Source: an uncultured bacterium | Lineage (GTDB): Bacteria; Fidelibacterota; Marinisomatia; Marinisomatales; Marinisomataceae | DNA: 64,000 nucleotides | Assembly (NCBI GenBank): GCA_943788675.1 | Contig: CALSRE010000001.1 | Coordinates: 595,573 to 659,572 of the forward strand | Direction: 5' to 3' | Shown: positions 62,495-64,000 of the stretch, piece after piece | How positions within the stretch are numbered: position 1 is the stretch's first letter | Layout of the letters: each line of letters opens with the position of its first letter | Notes under the pieces: model-generated | What the model was told of the DNA's origin: nothing | Databases searched by the model: none | What the model saw: the letters and a program-made list of their open reading frames with translations, nothing else | Program-made: the position numbers and the translations under genes

Positions 62495-62741
62495 AAATGT
62501 TCAAACACTTGTGGGTAAAGTTGTGTCCAATGCTATGGATAAAACTGTAGTAGTGAGTGTCGAAAGATTAGTTAAACACAAGCTATATAAAAAGTATATG
62601 AAAAGATCTAAGAAGTATTATGCTCATGATGAAAAGAATATTTTTAATGTAGGGGACACTGTAGAGCTAAAAGCAACTAAACCTATGAGTAAAACTAAAA
62701 GATGGAGAGCTTCTAAGTTAATTAGTGGCGTAAAAAAATAG
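62487..62741 (+). CDS. rpsQ: 30S ribosomal protein S17
   Basis: [28 protein letters not shown]. The ATG at 62487 overlaps the rpmC stop. The track start at 62472 is also possible. Confidence 0.94.
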   Translation: MDRNVQTLVGKVVSNAMDKTVVVSVERLVKHKLYKKYMKRSKKYYAHDEKNIFNVGDTVELKATKPMSKTKRWRASKLISGVKK

Positions 62742-63109
62742 TGATACAACAAGAAACAAGATTGAAAGTAGCCGATAATTCTGGTGCAAAAATAGTCCAG
62801 TGTTTTAAGGTGCTAGGTGGATCCAAAAAAAGATATGCAAGTATTGGAGATGTTATTGTCGTTTCAGTAAAATCCTCTTCACCTGGTGGAATGGTAAAGA
62901 AGGGTGAAGTTGCAAGAGCAGTTGTTGTTAGAGTTAAGAAAGAAATAAGAAGAAGAGACGGTTCTTATATAAGATTTGATGATAATGCTGCTGTAATATT
63001 AAATGCTCAGAATGAGCCAAAGGGTACAAGAATATTTGGACCTGTTGCTAGAGAGTTAAGAGAAGGCGGATATATGAAAATTATTTCAATGGCGCCAGAG
63101 GTATTATAA
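62741..63109 (+). CDS. rplN: 50S ribosomal protein L14
   Basis: 122 aa: [17 protein letters not shown]. The GTG start overlaps the rpsQ stop (TAGTG). Confidence 0.97.
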   Translation: MIQQETRLKVADNSGAKIVQCFKVLGGSKKRYASIGDVIVVSVKSSSPGGMVKKGEVARAVVVRVKKEIRRRDGSYIRFDDNAAVILNAQNEPKGTRIFGPVARELREGGYMKIISMAPEVL

Positions 63110-63414
63110 TGAAAATTAAAAAAGATATGATTGTTAAAGTTGTTTCTGGGAATTTTAAAGGAATGACTGGTAAGGTTCTAAAAGTGATACCAATTTCACA
63201 GCGAGCAATCGTTGAAGGTGTTGCGCTTACAAAAAGAGCAGTGCGCCCTACTCAAGAGAATCCTCAAGGCGGATTTTCAGAAAGAGAGAGATCATTACAT
63301 GTTTCAAATTTAATGGTTTTAGAAGGTGATGATGCTTCTAGAATAGGTTATAAAATTTTAGACGATAAATCTAAAGTTAGAGTTTCAAAAAGAACAGGCA
63401 AGGAATTAGGATAA
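63109..63414 (+). CDS. rplX: 50S ribosomal protein L24
   Basis: 101 aa with a KOW motif ([21 protein letters not shown]). Confidence 0.96.
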   Translation: MKIKKDMIVKVVSGNFKGMTGKVLKVIPISQRAIVEGVALTKRAVRPTQENPQGGFSERERSLHVSNLMVLEGDDASRIGYKILDDKSKVRVSKRTGKELG

Positions 63415-63419
63415 TTTTT

Positions 63420-64000
63420 ATGAGCGCTCCAAACTACAAGAAAAAATATTTAAATGAAGTTAGACCTCATTTAATGAAAAAGTTTGACTTTACAAGTATA
63501 ATGCAAGTGCCTAAAGTTGAAAAAATTACTTTAAATATCGGTTTAGGCGATGCGAAAAATAATAAGAAAGCACTTCAGTCTGCTTTAGATGAATTAATGT
63601 TAATTACTGGACAAAAACCTGTAATCACTAAAGCTAAAAAAGACGTTTCTAATTTTAAAGTTAGAAAAGGTTTTCCTGTTGGATGTAAAGTTACTTTACG
63701 AAAAGATTATATGTATGAATTTTTAGAAAGATTATGTGCAGTTGCTCTTCCTAGAACAAGAGATTTTCGCGGTCTTTCATTTAAGTCCTTTGACGGTATG
63801 GGTAATTATAGTTTCGGAATTAAAGAGCAGATCGTATTTGCTGAAATTGATTATGATAAAGTTGATTCATTAAGAGGTATGGATGTGATAATTACAACTT
63901 CTGCTTCTAGCGATAATGAATGTTATGAACTTTTAAGGGCAATGGGTTTACCTATCAGAGAAAAAAGAGTAGCTAACAATACTGAGGAAGAAAATGGCTA
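63420..64000 (+). CDS. rplE: 50S ribosomal protein L5 (3' end at or just beyond the window edge)
   Basis: My own translation from the ATG at 63420 is open to nt 64000: [24 protein letters not shown]...[15 protein letters not shown]...[20 protein letters not shown]. The final TA at 63999-64000 may begin the stop. An ATGGCTA at 63994 is probably the rpsN start. Confidence 0.93.
   Translation, partial: MSAPNYKKKYLNEVRPHLMKKFDFTSIMQVPKVEKITLNIGLGDAKNNKKALQSALDELMLITGQKPVITKAKKDVSNFKVRKGFPVGCKVTLRKDYMYEFLERLCAVALPRTRDFRGLSFKSFDGMGNYSFGIKEQIVFAEIDYDKVDSLRGMDVIITTSASSDNECYELLRAMGLPIREKRVANNTEEENG

Overview
The window is AT-rich (roughly 30% G+C by eye) and extremely compact. It looks like core chromosome from a Gram-negative bacterium. 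The gene content hints at the Bacteroidota/FCB group or a streamlined marine relative: a batABCDE aerotolerance cluster, long-form IspG, lnt, a LolA-like gene, a SPOR protein, and fusA running directly into rpsJ with tuf located elsewhere. That placement is inference only.

All 76 CDSs and 5 tRNAs that I can support lie on the + strand. By my tally, coding plus tRNA sequence covers about 97-98% of the window, and roughly half of the gene junctions overlap (ATGA, TAATG or GTGA).

Gene order:
- murF' (5' end outside the window)-mraY, ispG, an MscS-like channel, dut, groES-groEL
- folK, a deoxynucleoside kinase, a beta-barrel outer membrane protein (OMP), rsmE, a HIT protein, a short SMC
- rpsP, a DUF418 protein, trmD-rplS, an MFS transporter, yicC-gmk-rpoZ, ung, dnaB, rel, ruvX, lnt, truA
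- an HtrA-like protease, a DUF4321 protein, tatA, gatA, batA-E, a SPOR protein, yebC-ruvC-ruvA, gcvT, ftsK, a LolA-like gene, a GmhB-like phosphatase, ddl, cysS
- tRNA Thr-Tyr-Gly-Thr, tuf-rpmG, tRNA-Trp, secE-nusG-rplKAJL-rpoBC, then rpsL-rpsG-fusA and the S10/spc ribosomal protein string through rplE (3' end at the window edge)

I found no transposase, integrase, CRISPR array, toxin-antitoxin pair or recognisable defence system. This is an ordinary core region, not an accessory island.

The items most worth a second look are:
1. A half-length SMC with no hinge and a CxxC pair at the midpoint of its coiled coil, resembling a Rad50 zinc hook.
2. An exact sigma-54 -24/-12 promoter, plus an upstream inverted repeat, in front of groESL. 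No CIRCE element is present.
3. An rpsP gene with a roughly 460-nt tandem-repeat C-terminal extension that carries a 2-nt frame break.
4. A ddl gene whose conserved N-terminus lies upstream of any canonical start codon, probably using ATT with a good Shine-Dalgarno (SD) sequence.
5. A 64-kb run with every gene on one strand, and ribosomal protein operons with no room for the classical autoregulatory leaders.
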